Assembly (NCBI RefSeq): GCF_001194135.2
Contig: NC_068991.1
Location: 18,188,190-18,252,189, forward strand
Origin: Octopus bimaculoides
Taxonomy: Eukaryota
Reading direction: 5' to 3'
Length of the DNA: 64,000 nt
Shown here: one piece after another, positions 50,714 through 62,166 of the stretch
How positions within the stretch are numbered: position 1 is the stretch's first letter
Layout of the letters: each line of letters opens with the position of its first letter
Notes under the pieces: model-generated
What the model saw: the letters and a program-made list of their open reading frames with translations, nothing else
Databases searched by the model: none
What the model was told of the DNA's origin: nothing
Made by a program: the position numbers and the translations under genes

Positions 50714-52466
50714 NNNNNNNNNNNNNNNNNNNNNNNNNNNNNNNNNNNNNNNNNNNNNNNNNNNNNNNNNNNNNNNNNNNNNNNNNNNNNNNNNNNNNNN
50801 NNNNNNNNNNNNNNNNNNNNNNNNNNNNNNNNNNNNNNNNNNNNNNNNNNNNNNNNNNNNNNNNNNNNNNNNNNNNNNNNNNNNNNNNNNNNNNNNNNNN
50901 NNNNNNNNNNNNNNNNNNNNNNNNNNNNNNNNNNNNNNNNNNNNNNNNNNNNNNNNNNNNNNNNNNNNNNNNNNNNNNNNNNNNNNNNNNNNNNNNNNNN
51001 NNNNNNNNNNNNNNNNNNNNNNNNNNNNNNNNNNNNNNNNNNNNNNNNNNNNNNNNNNNNNNNNNNNNNNNNNNNNNNNNNNNNNNNNNNNNNNNNNNNN
51101 NNNNNNNNNNNNNNNNNNNNNNNNNNNNNNNNNNNNNNNNNNNNNNNNNNNNNNNNNNNNNNNNNNNNNNNNNNNNNNNNNNNNNNNNNNNNNNNNNNNN
51201 NNNNNNNNNNNNNNNNNNNNNNNNNNNNNNNNNNNNNNNNNNNNNNNNNNNNNNNNNNNNNNNNNNNNNNNNNNNNNNNNNNNNNNNNNNNNNNNNNNNN
51301 NNNNNNNNNNNNNNNNNNNNNNNNNNNNNNNNNNNNNTTGTATTTCTGGATTTAATGATTAATATAAGAACTGGGGAGAGGCGGCCGAGCCGTCATATCT
51401 CATCCAATTCTTATAACTGGTGACCCCGACATGATGACGGAATTATCTCTCAAACAACTCGTAAAAAAAATGAAGAGACGACGGGAAAAAAAACAATTTT
51501 TCAGTACCAAGGACCTCCTCATCATCTTTTTATTGAAATAAATTTTCCCATGCACCTTGGATTTTTTTAAAGATATGTGTACTTCACAAATTTTAAAATC
51601 AACTCACATGATCCCTTCCTTACCAGTAGTACATTTTTTGTGAATCCTCAAGGGTCTGCACTACCCAGGTTGGGCATTGTTGTCCTACCATTTAAAAAAC
51701 ATAAAGTAAAAAAAAACAAATGAGACATTAGATCGGATATTGTAGTCCTAGGCATAAGTGTTTCTGAAAAAAACAAACAAGAAAAGAAAACAAAGAGGAT
51801 TGTCACACCCATAATTTATTTGTTTATAAGTCATTTGGATCACGACTGACCTTGGAGTAAACAACAAACAACTTTTATTCTCTTTCATACGTAAATCTCT
51901 TCATTGAGAGGGTCACCAAAAGTTTGTAGTCACTCCACTTAAGATAGTTGTGTACATGTGTATGTTTTTGTGTATGTGCATGTGCATGCATATGTGTGTG
52001 AACATGTGTGTGTATGCGTGTGTCTACGTAAATGTGTGTATGACAATTAGGTAATTTCTCTTGTCCTGTTTCCTGACGTGCTTTTATTTCAATGTCATGT
52101 TTCATGCCATTGATAATCATTAATAACATAAATTGCAATTAATTGCTTTCCTCTTTCTCTTCTACATCATCATCATCATCATTTAACATCCATGTTCCAT
52201 GCTGGAATGGGTTGGATGGTTTGACAAGATTTAACGAGTACCAGTGTCTGCTCTGGCATGGTTTCTATGGCTGGCTGCCCTTCTTATGTTTTGTTTCTAA
52301 GAAATGTTTTTGTTTTTTTGCTTGCTTTGTTTGTTTTTTTTTTGTCTTCATCTAAGATATGAAACATATACATATCCAAAATATTAGTAAGTGATTTCTT
52401 TCTTTCTTTCTTTCTTTATTTCTTTCTTTTCATCCTTCTAATTATTATCATTATCATTATTATTAA

Positions 52467-53120
52467 GAAGGCAGTGAGCTGGCTGAATCATCAGCACACC
52501 GGTCAAAATGCTTAGCAGCATTTTGTCTATCTGCACGTTCTGAGTTCAAATTCTGCTGAAGTCGACTTTGCCTTTCATCCTTTCAGGGCCAATAGATTAA
52601 GTACCTGTGAAACACTGGGGTCGATGAAATCAACTATCCTCTCCCCCAAATTTCAGGCCTTGTGCCTAAAGTAAAAAGGATTATTATTATTATTGTTATT
52701 ATTAAGGCAGTGAGCAGGCCGAATTGTTGGCACAACAGGCAAAATGCTTAGAGGCATTTATTCTTTCTTTATTTCTGAGTTCAAATTCCACTGAGGTCAA
52801 CCTTGCCTTTCATCTTTTTGGGTTAATAAAATAAATACCAGTGAAACACCGGGGTCGATGAAATCAACTATCCTCTCCCCCAAATTTCAGGCCTTGTGCC
52901 TAAAGTAGAAAGGATTATTATTATTATTACCATTATCATTATCATCAGGGCTGCAAGCTAATCAATAAGATGCCAGACAAAATGCTAAGCAGCATTTCTT
53001 CTGGCATTACATTCTGAGTTCAAATTTTGCCGAGATTTACTTTACCTTTCATCCTCTCAGTATCAACAGAATAAGTACCAGTTGATCACTGGAGTCAGTG
53101 TAATTACTAGACCCCCTCCC
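52467..53120 (+). mobile_element. Train of three SINE family B copies
   Basis: Copies start near 52467, 52705 and 52950, each after an (ATT)n tail. Copies 1 and 2 share an almost identical 3' end (tgaaacac.ggggtcgatgaaatcaactatcctctcccccaaatttcaggccttgtgcctaaagta). Confidence 0.88.
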
Positions 53121-53124
53121 ACTG

Positions 53125-53556
53125 GCCAAGCTGTCATCGGTTCTCTTCAAATATCATTTGAAGATGAAGGTGAGGACAGAGAGAGAAGCACTGCCTTCTT
53201 GTGTGTTTATAAAAGGTAGCTGACAGTGGCAAGACTTGTGAGGCTGAATGGATCTACTCTGAGTATGCTTTTCTAATTAGGAGGAAAGAAACTAGAAAAT
53301 GACACTTCCCATGCCTTGGGGATGTCAGAGTAATCCAGAAATTGTGGATAGGGTTTACCCCAAATTACCCTAAGTGGACTACCTCACTATTGGAGTTTCT
53401 ATTCATTTATTAATTATTTCTTTTTATTTGTACTTTTATTCTCTTTTTTGTTATATCCTTATTGTTGTAGTGTTCCCCTACCTGTTTATATGCTGTATCT
53501 TGTCCATTGATATTGTTTTCCGTGTCTTGGGCTCTTGAGGCCAATAAAAGAAATCA
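53125..53556 (+). mobile_element. Probable Tx1/L1-like LINE 3' fragment
   Basis: Translates LFKYHLKMKVRTEREALPSCVFIK..TVARLVRLNG, resembling a Tx1-type ORF2 C-terminus (from recall, unverified); followed by a T-rich 3' UTR ending ggctcttgaggccaataaaagaaat. Confidence 0.4.
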
Positions 53557-53572
53557 TTATTATAATTATTAG

Positions 53573-53785
53573 CAAGGCGGCGAGCTGGCAGAAACGTTAG
53601 CAGGCCGGGCGAAATGCTTAGCGGTCTTTACATTCTGAATTCAAATTCCATCGAGGTCAACTTTGCTTTTCATCCTTTTAGAGTCAATTAAATAAGTACC
53701 AGTTTTGTACTGGGGTCGATCTAATTGATTGGCCCCCCCCCTCCCCCAAAAATTTCGGGCCTTGTGCCTTGAGTAGAAAAGAATA
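53573..53785 (+). mobile_element. SINE family B, near full length
   Basis: aaggcggcgagctggcagaaacgttagcaggccgggcgaaatgcttagcgg...ggggtcgatctaattg...cgggccttgtgccttgagtagaaaagaata. Confidence 0.9.
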
Positions 53786-53794
53786 TATATATAT

Positions 53795-53944
53795 TGAGAC
53801 CCCCTTTGGTCATGACTGACCATCGAATTGCACCTAGAAACTTACCCTCCCAGGTACAAGTCCGGGTAAGGTTGTTTTATGGAAGACCAACAGTTGCCCA
53901 TGCATACCGGCCTCCCCTCTCCATGCCACCAGTATTATCCAAGG
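53795..53944 (-). mobile_element. SINE family F tail
   Basis: gagaccccctttggtcatg...gcacctagaaac...ggaagaccaacagttgcccatgcataccggcctcccctctccatgccacc, the inverse of 17250-17400. Confidence 0.8.
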
Positions 53945-54117
53945 NNNNNNNNNNNNNNNNNNNNNNNNNNNNNNNNNNNNNNNNNNNNNNNNNNNNNNNN
54001 NNNNNNNNNNNNNNNNNNNNNNNNNNNNNNNNNNNNNNNNNNAACAATAACAGACAAGAGGATGTGCACAAGGAATGTATTAGTTTGACAGTCAATCACT
54101 AAAAGGAGTAAGTTTTG

Positions 54118-54146
54118 GACGTTTCGGGCTTAGCTCTTTGTCGGAA
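54118..54146 (-). ncRNA. Degenerate Penelope-type minimal hammerhead motif
   Basis: Minus strand ttt-ccgacaa-a-gagct aa gccc-gaaac-gtc; differs from ctgacga-a-g.gc..gc.c-gaaacgtc by core substitutions. Confidence 0.45.
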
Positions 54147-54204
54147 AGGAGAAAGGGAAAAGTCCAAAGAAGGAAAAGAAATCACCAACAGTGCGTAGTT
54201 ACGT

Positions 54205-54880
54205 TGCTGAACATGTGTGTGTTGTGTTTGTTCTTCACCACTGCTTGACAATTAGTGTTGGCTTGTTTACATTGTAGTGGCGCGAAATTATAGCCGCCAT
54301 TGAGGAAGTACTATCTGCACATGCGTAAGGGACTTGCTTTCCGGAAGCCCCTCGAGTGTGCATGAGTAGTAAAACTAGTACTTAAAGAGTTGGTTTCACT
54401 CTGTAAGTCTCTTCAACGCGACACCTTCGACGTGACTACACCTTGCTCCTCAACGAAGCACTCTTCACCACGATGCCATCGATGTGATAGCTACTTGCTC
54501 CTCTGGCATGCATCAAGGAAGCTCTTAATCTTCCAATACCGATTACAAATTAATCAGCGGCTGCTAAGCTGAGTGACACAGGATTTATAAAACCAAGCAT
54601 CATCAAAAATAAAGCTTATTTTTATTATGTTGTTAATTGTTCTACTGTTTCTTCATATATAATTATGTTGAAAGGTGATAGAGAGAGACTAATGTCTCTA
54701 TTGCATCTATCAACCTTTTACAACATTTCCAAAACTTAGTACTTCAGCAAAGTAAATCGATAGAATAAATAACAGATTTGTAAAGAAAAAAAAAAAGGAT
54801 TGTAAAAATATGAAGTGCTGGAGTTGATTTCTTTGACAGAACTCCTCAAGGCTGCCATCTTTGACTGAACCCCTCAAAGG
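54205..54880 (+). mobile_element. SINE A' 3' half interrupted by a 450-bp LTR-like insertion
   Basis: cttgacaattagtgttggcttgtttACAT [insert] ACATttccaaaacttagtacttcagcaaagtaaatcgatagaataa continues the A/A' tail (cf. gtttacgtccccgtaacttagcggttcggcaaaagagaccgatagaataa). Confidence 0.7.
54273..54722 (+). mobile_element. 450-bp solo-LTR-like element with a 4-bp TSD (ACAT)
   Basis: ACAT|TGTAG...TTTACA|ACAT; CpG-rich 5' part; tttataaaa near 54584 followed by AATAAA near 54608, a TATA/polyA arrangement typical of an LTR. Confidence 0.65.
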
Positions 54881-54915
54881 CTGCTTTCCAATAACTAAAG
54901 AAAGTATATGATGAA

Positions 54916-55335
54916 CAGGAGTGGCTGTGTGGTAAGTAGCTTGCTTACCAACCACATGGTTCCGGGTTCAGTCCCACTACGTGGCACCTTGGGCAAGTGT
55001 CTTCTACTATAACCTCGGGCCGACCAAAGCCTTGTGAGTGGATTTGGTAGACGGAAACTGAAAGAAGCCCGTCATATATATGTATATATATATATATATA
55101 TATNNNNNNNNNNNNNNNNNNNNNNNNNNNNNNNNNNNNNNNNNNNNNNNNNNNNNNNNNNNNATCGCTTGACAACTGATGCTGGTGTGTTTACGTCCCC
55201 GTAACTTAGCGGTTCGGCAAAAAGAGACCGATAGAATAAGTACTAGGCTTCAAAAAGAATAAGTCCTGGGGTCGATTTGCTCGACTAAAGGCGGTGCTCC
55301 AGCATGGCTGCAGTCAAATGATTGAAACAAGTAAA
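54916..55335 (+). mobile_element. SINE family A, full length (internal gap)
   Basis: caggagtggctgtgtggtaagtagc...aaacaagtaaaagagtaaaagagtaa. Confidence 0.92.
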
Positions 55336-55679
55336 AGAGTAAAAGAGTAACAAAAGTAACAATGAAATACAAAACAAAAATCTTCAAAAAAAAAAAGAAT
55401 ATTTTAAATTTGAACAGTTTGTCTTGTTAAGAAGGAAGAGAAAAAGTGTAAATAAATAATATATCTATGAAGGTCATCAACTATGTTTGTCTGACATAAT
55501 AATGTGAATCTTGCTATTCAGCTCACTTTGAACTTAGGCTGTTTTACTTCCACCTTCAAATATCCTGCTACTAGTGTTGTTGTTATTGCTGCTGTTGCTG
55601 CTGCTGTCGAAAACAATTTTATGGAACAGAAAAAGAGGAAACAACAAACTATTGTGTGACAACTTCAAAATATTAATAG

Positions 55680-55875
55680 GTTGTTGTTGTTAAACCCCAG
55701 GTCAACCCTGATTGAGTAGAACTATAATCAAAGTCTTTTTTTTTTCTTTTTCTATGGTGTGTCTGTGTGTTGGGGATTTCAGGTACTACATTATCCAATG
55801 TGTTTCTATTCAAGACAACAAAGTTTGATTTTAAGTAAATTTGGCTGCTATTTCTAGAGGTCGAGCGACCACTTA
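55680..55875 (-). mobile_element. Interspersed repeat family E, near full length
   Basis: (gtt)n aaaccccaggtcaaccctgattgag...actacattatccaatgtg...aaatttggctgctatttctagaggtcgagcgaccac. Confidence 0.7.
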
Positions 55876-56230
55876 TAGGCTTCTGCATAACTCCTATATT
55901 AATAGTGTATTTTTGTTGATGTGTGTGTAAGTGTAGCCATTATTATCATAGTCATCATCATCATTTAATGTCCATTAACTAGAGTTAAGTCAATCAATTG
56001 TACTACCTCCCACCACATCTGTGGCCTGGCACCAGAGTTTAAAAAATCAAGAGGTAATGAAATTGTTGCAATAATAGGAGCACTAGACCAGATGGCTTTC
56101 ACTTGCCAGCATGTTGCAATGGATATATAGTGTCAGTGTGTATGTATGACAATGTGTAAATGTATTATGAGAAAAAGTAGGTATAAGAGGCAGGAAGTAA
56201 GCTTGTCAACTACACAGCCACACTTGCATA

Positions 56231-57558
56231 TACAGGGTGGAAAAGAGAGGACTGGCGTTTTTGAAATGGCTATTACTCAGCTCCAGTGGGAGGGACATAT
56301 GTCCGACAGGTACCATTCGGTCCGGGGTATCTTAGCATTTTTTTTCTTTTCAAGTGAAGCTATGGCACTGTGGACGATACAGCATCACCTTTGCCTATGA
56401 CAGTTGCGTGAAGAATAACGAGTCTGTCACAATAGTTCAGCTTGAGTTTCGGCGCCACTTCAACATTCACCAAAATCAGGCTGTTCCCACCCGTAACACA
56501 ATCTTACGTTGGGTGAATGCACTTCGTATACGAGGTACACTAATGAATAGGAGACTGGTGAGGGCATCACGAACGGTACGGATCCCGGAAAATGTGGAAC
56601 GCATCAAACAAGCTTTGATACGGAGTCCGAATCTCTCTGCTCGGGGGCATTCCACTGAACTTGGCATCGGTAACCGATCGGTAGGGCGTATTTTGCATGA
56701 AGACTTGCATTTCCACCCATACAAATTGGTAATTGGACAACAGTTGAAACCATGGGACTATGCACAGCGGCTTAACTTCGCACGTCAGATGGAAGCAATT
56801 TCTGAGGCAAATGACAACCTCATTTTGATAATGTGTGATGAAGCTCATTTTCGTTTCAGTGGCATGGTGAATCAACAGAACTGTCGTTATTGGGCTCTTG
56901 AAAATCCGAGATAACTGCACGAAAGACCACCGCACAGCCCAAAAGTGAGAGTCTGGTGTGCTGTTGGAAAAGCTACCGTCATTGGTCCTTACTTTTTTGA
57001 AGACGATAATAGAAATGCTGTTACTATGAACTCTGAGTGTTAAATTGAGATGATAAACAACTTCTTTGTGCCTGAATTACGACGAAAACGTATGTGGTTT
57101 CATCAGGATGGGGCGACTGCCCACACAAGCCAGAGCATCGATGGACGTTCTTCGCCCTCTCTTCGGTGACCTCCTCATTTCCAGGCTTGCTGGCGTTCCC
57201 TCACTCCCTCGGTCCCCTGATGTGTCCATGTATGATTATTTCTTGTGGAGGAACCTCAAGGTACGTGTGTATGTGCATAAGCCCCATACATTGGACAATT
57301 TGAAGGAAGCTATTTGCGTGGACGTCGCCCAAATCTACAGTAATGCTGGAGAAAGTGGAGGCCAATTTCCTAGAACGTCTTCAGAAATGCATCAATGAAA
57401 ACGGACACCACATGATGGATGTTGTTTTCCACACTTGATTTTGACAAATGCTAATCCAGCACGAACGTATTGATGTCAATAAAATTTGTTTGCAGCTAAA
57501 TCATTAATGATTTTGTGATTTTTTCAAAAACACCCGTCCTCTCTGCTCCACCCTTGTA
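56231..57558 (+). mobile_element. Full-length Tc1/mariner-superfamily transposon, DD41D (rosa/Visitor) family
   Basis: TA|cagggtggaaaagagaggactggcgtttttgaaa ... tttcaaaaacacccgtcctctctgctccacccttg|TA (TIRs about 33 bp, TA TSD); 1324 bp between the TAs. Confidence 0.92.
56362..57438 (+). pseudogene. DD41D transposase pseudogene
   Basis: MALWTIQH...VQLEFRRHFN...PTRNTILRWV HTH; CDEAHF..GMVNQQNCRYWALENP (D1); WFHQDGATAHT (D2); RSPDVSMYDYFLW (D3). I count 41 residues between D2 and D3 after correcting a +1 frameshift. At least 2 premature TAA (about 56912 and 57041) and 3 frameshifts. Confidence 0.9.
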
Positions 57559-58569
57559 TATGAATAAATTCTAAAACAATTTTTGTTTCATTTAATGTTT
57601 TGTTAAAATAATGGTGTTGTAAGTTGTTTTTAAAATATAGGAATAGATTTAGGAAAATTATATAGTAGGTTCCATGCCAAAGTTAGTCTGAGAACTAGTG
57701 GTAGACTGTCTAAATCAGAGGGTAAAATAGTGAAATGTCGTGAGTGAAGTTGGGTAGAAATATGATATAGTGTAGAATGGAGTTAAAGTATAAATAGAAA
57801 CGTATAAAAGCAATTGTCACTTGCTACATACATACCTACCTACCTACATGCATGCATACATACATACATTAAAGTGGTAAGGTATGATTTGAAGGAAAAT
57901 TGGCTGCTGCTTTATGTAGGGCGATTAACAGCGATGCAGCTCAGTGTTGAATAATATAGAAATAGATATGCGGCTGTAATGTCATGCAAGAAGCTGTTCC
58001 AATAAATTCATGTTTCATGTGGCTGTTAATTCGTACTTCCGTGGAAAGGCAGCTTATTACTTTCATTTTCTTCTTTTGGGACAGTAAGAAGTTATATATT
58101 GTGTGAGAAATTCGATTATAATTTATATATAACATAAAACATTTTTTTAAAAATTTCAGTCAAAGGGAAAGAACTCTTAATTAGTCACTAGTGTAAGGGA
58201 GATAACTCAAATATTTCTCTCAATCATCAATATTTATAGAATAATGGTTTTCTTTTCTTTTTTTCCTCTGTTTACATACGTATTTATCTCCTATCAAAGT
58301 TCGTGGAGTTCGATAAGTTTGTTTGTATGTCCTGAGAAGAAGAGAAAATTGACCTTTAGAAACTGACTTTTTGTCTGAGAGGGAAAAAAAAGTCCCTCTT
58401 TCTGACGAAGAGCTATTTATAATGGATTCCTTGTCAATCTCAATGCGAGCATTTGGTTGTTGGACCAACTAAATTCTTAATCATGAAAATAATGTTTAAA
58501 GTTAATGCCATAAGTACCCTTATTGTATTTCACAAAGTGAATTGGTGTGGCACAAGACAGGGGCTTTCA

Positions 58570-58760
58570 ATCGCAATACAATCAAGAGAGGACGCGGGAG
58601 GAGTAGAATCTGTGTCAGTATTGGAGTGATACTGTATTCATCAATCCTGAAAGAATAAAAAGTAAAGATGGGTTTGGTATGATTTGAACTCAGAGTACAC
58701 AGAAGTGAACCTAATAATACAAGGCATCCGATCTCACTCTAACAATTATGTCAAGTCACT
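58570..58760 (-). mobile_element. SINE family B, degenerate
   Basis: tactgtattcatcaatcctgaaagaataaaaagtaaagat...gatttgaactcagagtac is the reverse complement of the B core and B box. Confidence 0.55.
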
Positions 58761-59518
58761 TCCATTGATTGTAACTTGTCAGTGTATGAGGTTTTAATAA
58801 TTTGACTGGTTACTAACTTTATACATGACTGTATACATCCTCTGTTCTCCTGTCTACCTCTCTGTTCTTGTCTGTCTTTGTCTTTTCATTCTTTCTTTTT
58901 GTAGATTTCGTCTCTTTTATACCCTCAAGAATAAATCTCATTGGAGTGAACTGTGGCCACATAATCACTTGGAAGTCCTAGAGTTGCTTACTTAAAATTT
59001 TATTGGCCTGACTTTTGCTGATGTCATTACTCAATGCACCAAAATTCTGGTTCTTGTTTATAAAGAATTTCCTAATGGGAACTAAGATCCAAGCTTGAAT
59101 CAAAGTGTATATCTGCAACACCCTACGAGTATAAATTTGAGAGGTGCAACGATGACATTACTATAGATGAATGCCCATTGATGGCTGCAGGTCATTATGG
59201 AAGGAGGGTCAAACTGAATATGTGACGCAGTTTATCAAATTTCTGTTAGTTAAGTGAATATACACAGGTTGATCCAAGTAGAGCCACCATTGACTGATTG
59301 AGATGGTTGGCTCCTCCCTTTTGTAATATATTCTTTATATTCCCACTTTAAAAAAATAATGTTTCTACTCTGTGATGATGGATGGCAGTTTAAGAAAAGT
59401 TTGTTGGTGAATTTACCAAGAATTTGATGCAAGCATCTCCAAAGACCCAATCTCTGATGATGTGAAAGAATTAATACCATTACAAAAAAATTAAGGTGAC
59501 ATTGGTTCACTGTTGAAT

Positions 59519-59907
59519 TTGTTATTGTTGGCACTCTGTCGCTGACAACGTCGAGGATTCCAGTTGATCCGATCAACGGAACAGCCTGCTCGTGAAATTA
59601 ACGTGCAAGTGGCTGAGCACTCCACAGACACGTGTACCCTTAACGTAGTTCTCGGGGATATTCAGCGTGACACAGTGTGACAAGGCTGACCCTTTGAATT
59701 ACAGGCACAACAGAAACAGGAAGTAAGAGTGAGAGAAAGTTGTGGTGAAAGAGTACAGCAGGGTTTGCCACCACCCCCTACCAGAGCCTCATGGAGCTTT
59801 AGGTGTTTTCGCTCAATAAACACTCACAACGCCTGGTCTGGGAATCGAAACCGTGATCCTATGACCACGAGTCCTCTGCCCTAACCACTGGGCCATTGCA
59901 CCTCCAC
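59519..59907 (-). mobile_element. SINE family C, full length, with TSD
   Basis: Near-identical to 15454-15838; flanked by (cac)tgttgaat at 59508-59518 and 59905-59915. Confidence 0.92.
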
Positions 59908-59984
59908 TGTTGAATATGAAAAAAAAAAGAAAAGGAAAAAAAACCCCCAAAACCCACCAAAAGAGAAATGAATATTTCTAACAT

Positions 59985-60780
59985 AGGCCCAAGGTTAGAA
60001 ATTTTTGAGTGACAGACAATCAGTAATGTTAATCCAAGTAGTTTACTACCACTTTATTTTATTGACTCCAGAAGGATGAAAGGTGCCACCCTTGGCAGGA
60101 TTTGAATTCAGCAGAGAAAGAGCTGAAATAAATGTGGCAACATACTTTGTCCAATGTTCAAATGATTCTGCCAATCTATTGTTTTAAATAATATAATGTT
60201 TCTAATATATAACAAGTATATCTGCTGAGGTCGATTTTGTCTTTTATCCCTTTGGAGTCATTAATTAAGTACCAGTTGAACACTGGGGTCGATGTTATTG
60301 GACTTACCCACTCCCCTACAATCACTGGCCTAGTGCCAAAATTTGAAGGTAGCAAGCTGGCAGAATCATTAGTATGCCAGGCAAAATGCTTAGTAGCATT
60401 TTGTCCATCTTCACATTCTGAGTTCAAATTCTGCCGAGGTCGACTTTGCTTCCTTTTGTGGGGTCAATAAAATAAGTACTAATTGACTCCTGAGGTTGAG
60501 ATAATCAACTTACCCCCACTCCCGAAATTACTGGCCTTGTGCCAAAATTTGAAACCAATATATAACAAGTATAAGGCCGCAAGCTGGCAGAATCTTTAGT
60601 ATGTTGGGCAAAATGTTTAGTGGTATTTCGTCTTTCTGTTCTGAGTTCAGATTCTGATGAGGCTGACTTTGTCTTTCATCTTTTGGGGTTTGATAAAATA
60701 AGTACCAGTGGAACAGAGGTCAATGTAATCAACTTACTCCCTCCCCCAAAATTGCTGGCCTTGTGTCAAAATTGGAAATC
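59985..60780. mobile_element. SINE B cluster: one minus copy (59985-60175) then three plus copies (60220, 60350, 60575)
   Basis: B core and tail motifs (gtcgactttg.c..tcatcc, taagtaccag, ggccttgtgccaaaatttgaaa) in tandem. Confidence 0.85.
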
Positions 60781-60971
60781 AATATATAAGAAGTATACAA
60801 GTAGGTACAGGTATGGCTATAGGCGCATGCATGGCTGAGTGATTGAGAAATTTGCTTCCCATTCGTATGTGTTGGGTTTCAGTCCCACTGTGTGATAACT
60901 GGACAAATGTCTTCTACTATAGCCCTGGACTCATTGAAACCTTTTGAGTGAATCCAAGTGAAAAAAAGTTA

Positions 60972-61282
60972 GAGGTTAGGGTATTCTCTTCACAATCATA
61001 AGGTCATGAGTTCGATTCCTGGCTATGTGTTGTGGCCTTGAGAAAAACACTTTATTTCATGTTTCTCCAGTCCACTCAGCTGGCAAAAATGAGTTGTGCC
61101 TGTAATTCAAAGGGCTGGCCTTATCACATTCTGTGTCATGCTGAATCTGCATGAGAACTACATTAAGGGTATGTATGTTTGTGGAGTGCTCAGCTACTTG
61201 CATGTTAATTTCATGAGCAGGTTGTTCCATTGATCAGATCAACCAGAACACTTCTTGTCGTAACTGATGGAATGCCTAAAGC
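60972..61282 (+). mobile_element. SINE family C'
   Basis: ggttagggtattc...gagttcgattcc head; gttgtggccttgagaaaaacactttatttcatgtttctccagtccactcagctggcaaaaatgagt core; C tail. Confidence 0.85.
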
Positions 61283-61324
61283 TTCAGTGTATCAATGTTG
61301 TTTATCAATATTACAAGGACAATA

Positions 61325-62160
61325 AAGGCAGTGAGCTGGCAGAATTGTTAACACACCAGACAAAATACTAAGTGGCAGGCATTTCTTCTGACTTACATGC
61401 TGAATTTGGTGGAGGCGCAATGGCCTGGTGGTTAGGGCAGCGGACTCGCCGTCATAGGATCGCGGTTTCGATTCCCAGACTGGGCGTTGTGAGTGTTTAT
61501 TGAGCGAAAACACCTAAAAGCTCCACGAGGCTCCGGCAGGGGATGGTGGCGAACCCTGCTGTACTCTTCCACCACAACTTTCTCTCACTCTTACTTCCTG
61601 TTTCTGTTGTGCCTGTAATTCAAAGGGTCAGCCTGGTCACACTGTGTCACACTGAATATCCCCGAGAACTACGTTAACAGTACACGTGTCCATGGAGTGC
61701 TCAGCCACTTGCACGTTAATTTCACGAGCAGGCTGTTCTGTTGATTGGATCAACTGGAACCCACGACGTCGTAAGCGACGGAGTGCCAACAACAACATGC
61801 TGAATTTAAATTTCACTGAGGTTTGCTTTTCAGCCTTTCAAGGTTGATAGAATAAGTATCAGTTGAACACTGGGGTCAAAGTAGTCAACTACCCACTCTC
61901 TCAAAATTTCAGACCTTGTGCCTGTAGTAGAAAGAAAACTATTACAAGTATGATAAAGGCAGCGAGTTGGCAGAGTTTTTTGTGTAACAGATATAATGGT
62001 TAGTAGCATTTCTTCCAGCACTTTACATTCTAAGTCCAAATACTGTTGAAGTCAACTTTGCCTTTCATGCTTTCAGAGTCGATGAAATAAAATACCAGTG
62101 AAATACTGGTCCAATGTAATTGACATGCCTGCGAAATTGCTAGACTTACACCAAAATTTA
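61325..62160 (+). mobile_element. Two SINE B copies, the first split by SINE C
   Basis: B head at 61325-61407 resumes at 61808 (aaatttcactgaggtttgc...ccttgtgcctgtagtagaaag); a second copy lies at 61955-62160. Confidence 0.85.
61408..61794 (+). mobile_element. SINE family C, full length, 13-bp TSD, nested in SINE B
   Basis: acatgctgaattt|ggtggaggcgcaatgg...gagtgccaacaaca|acatgctgaattt. Confidence 0.95.
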
Positions 62161-62166
62161 AAACAA

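Noticed and set aside
59070-59220. Open frame with ITIDE...HYGRRVK (Merlin/piggyBac-like, or an exon)
   Set aside because: Short, bounded by stops, with no convincing acceptor or further catalytic motifs.
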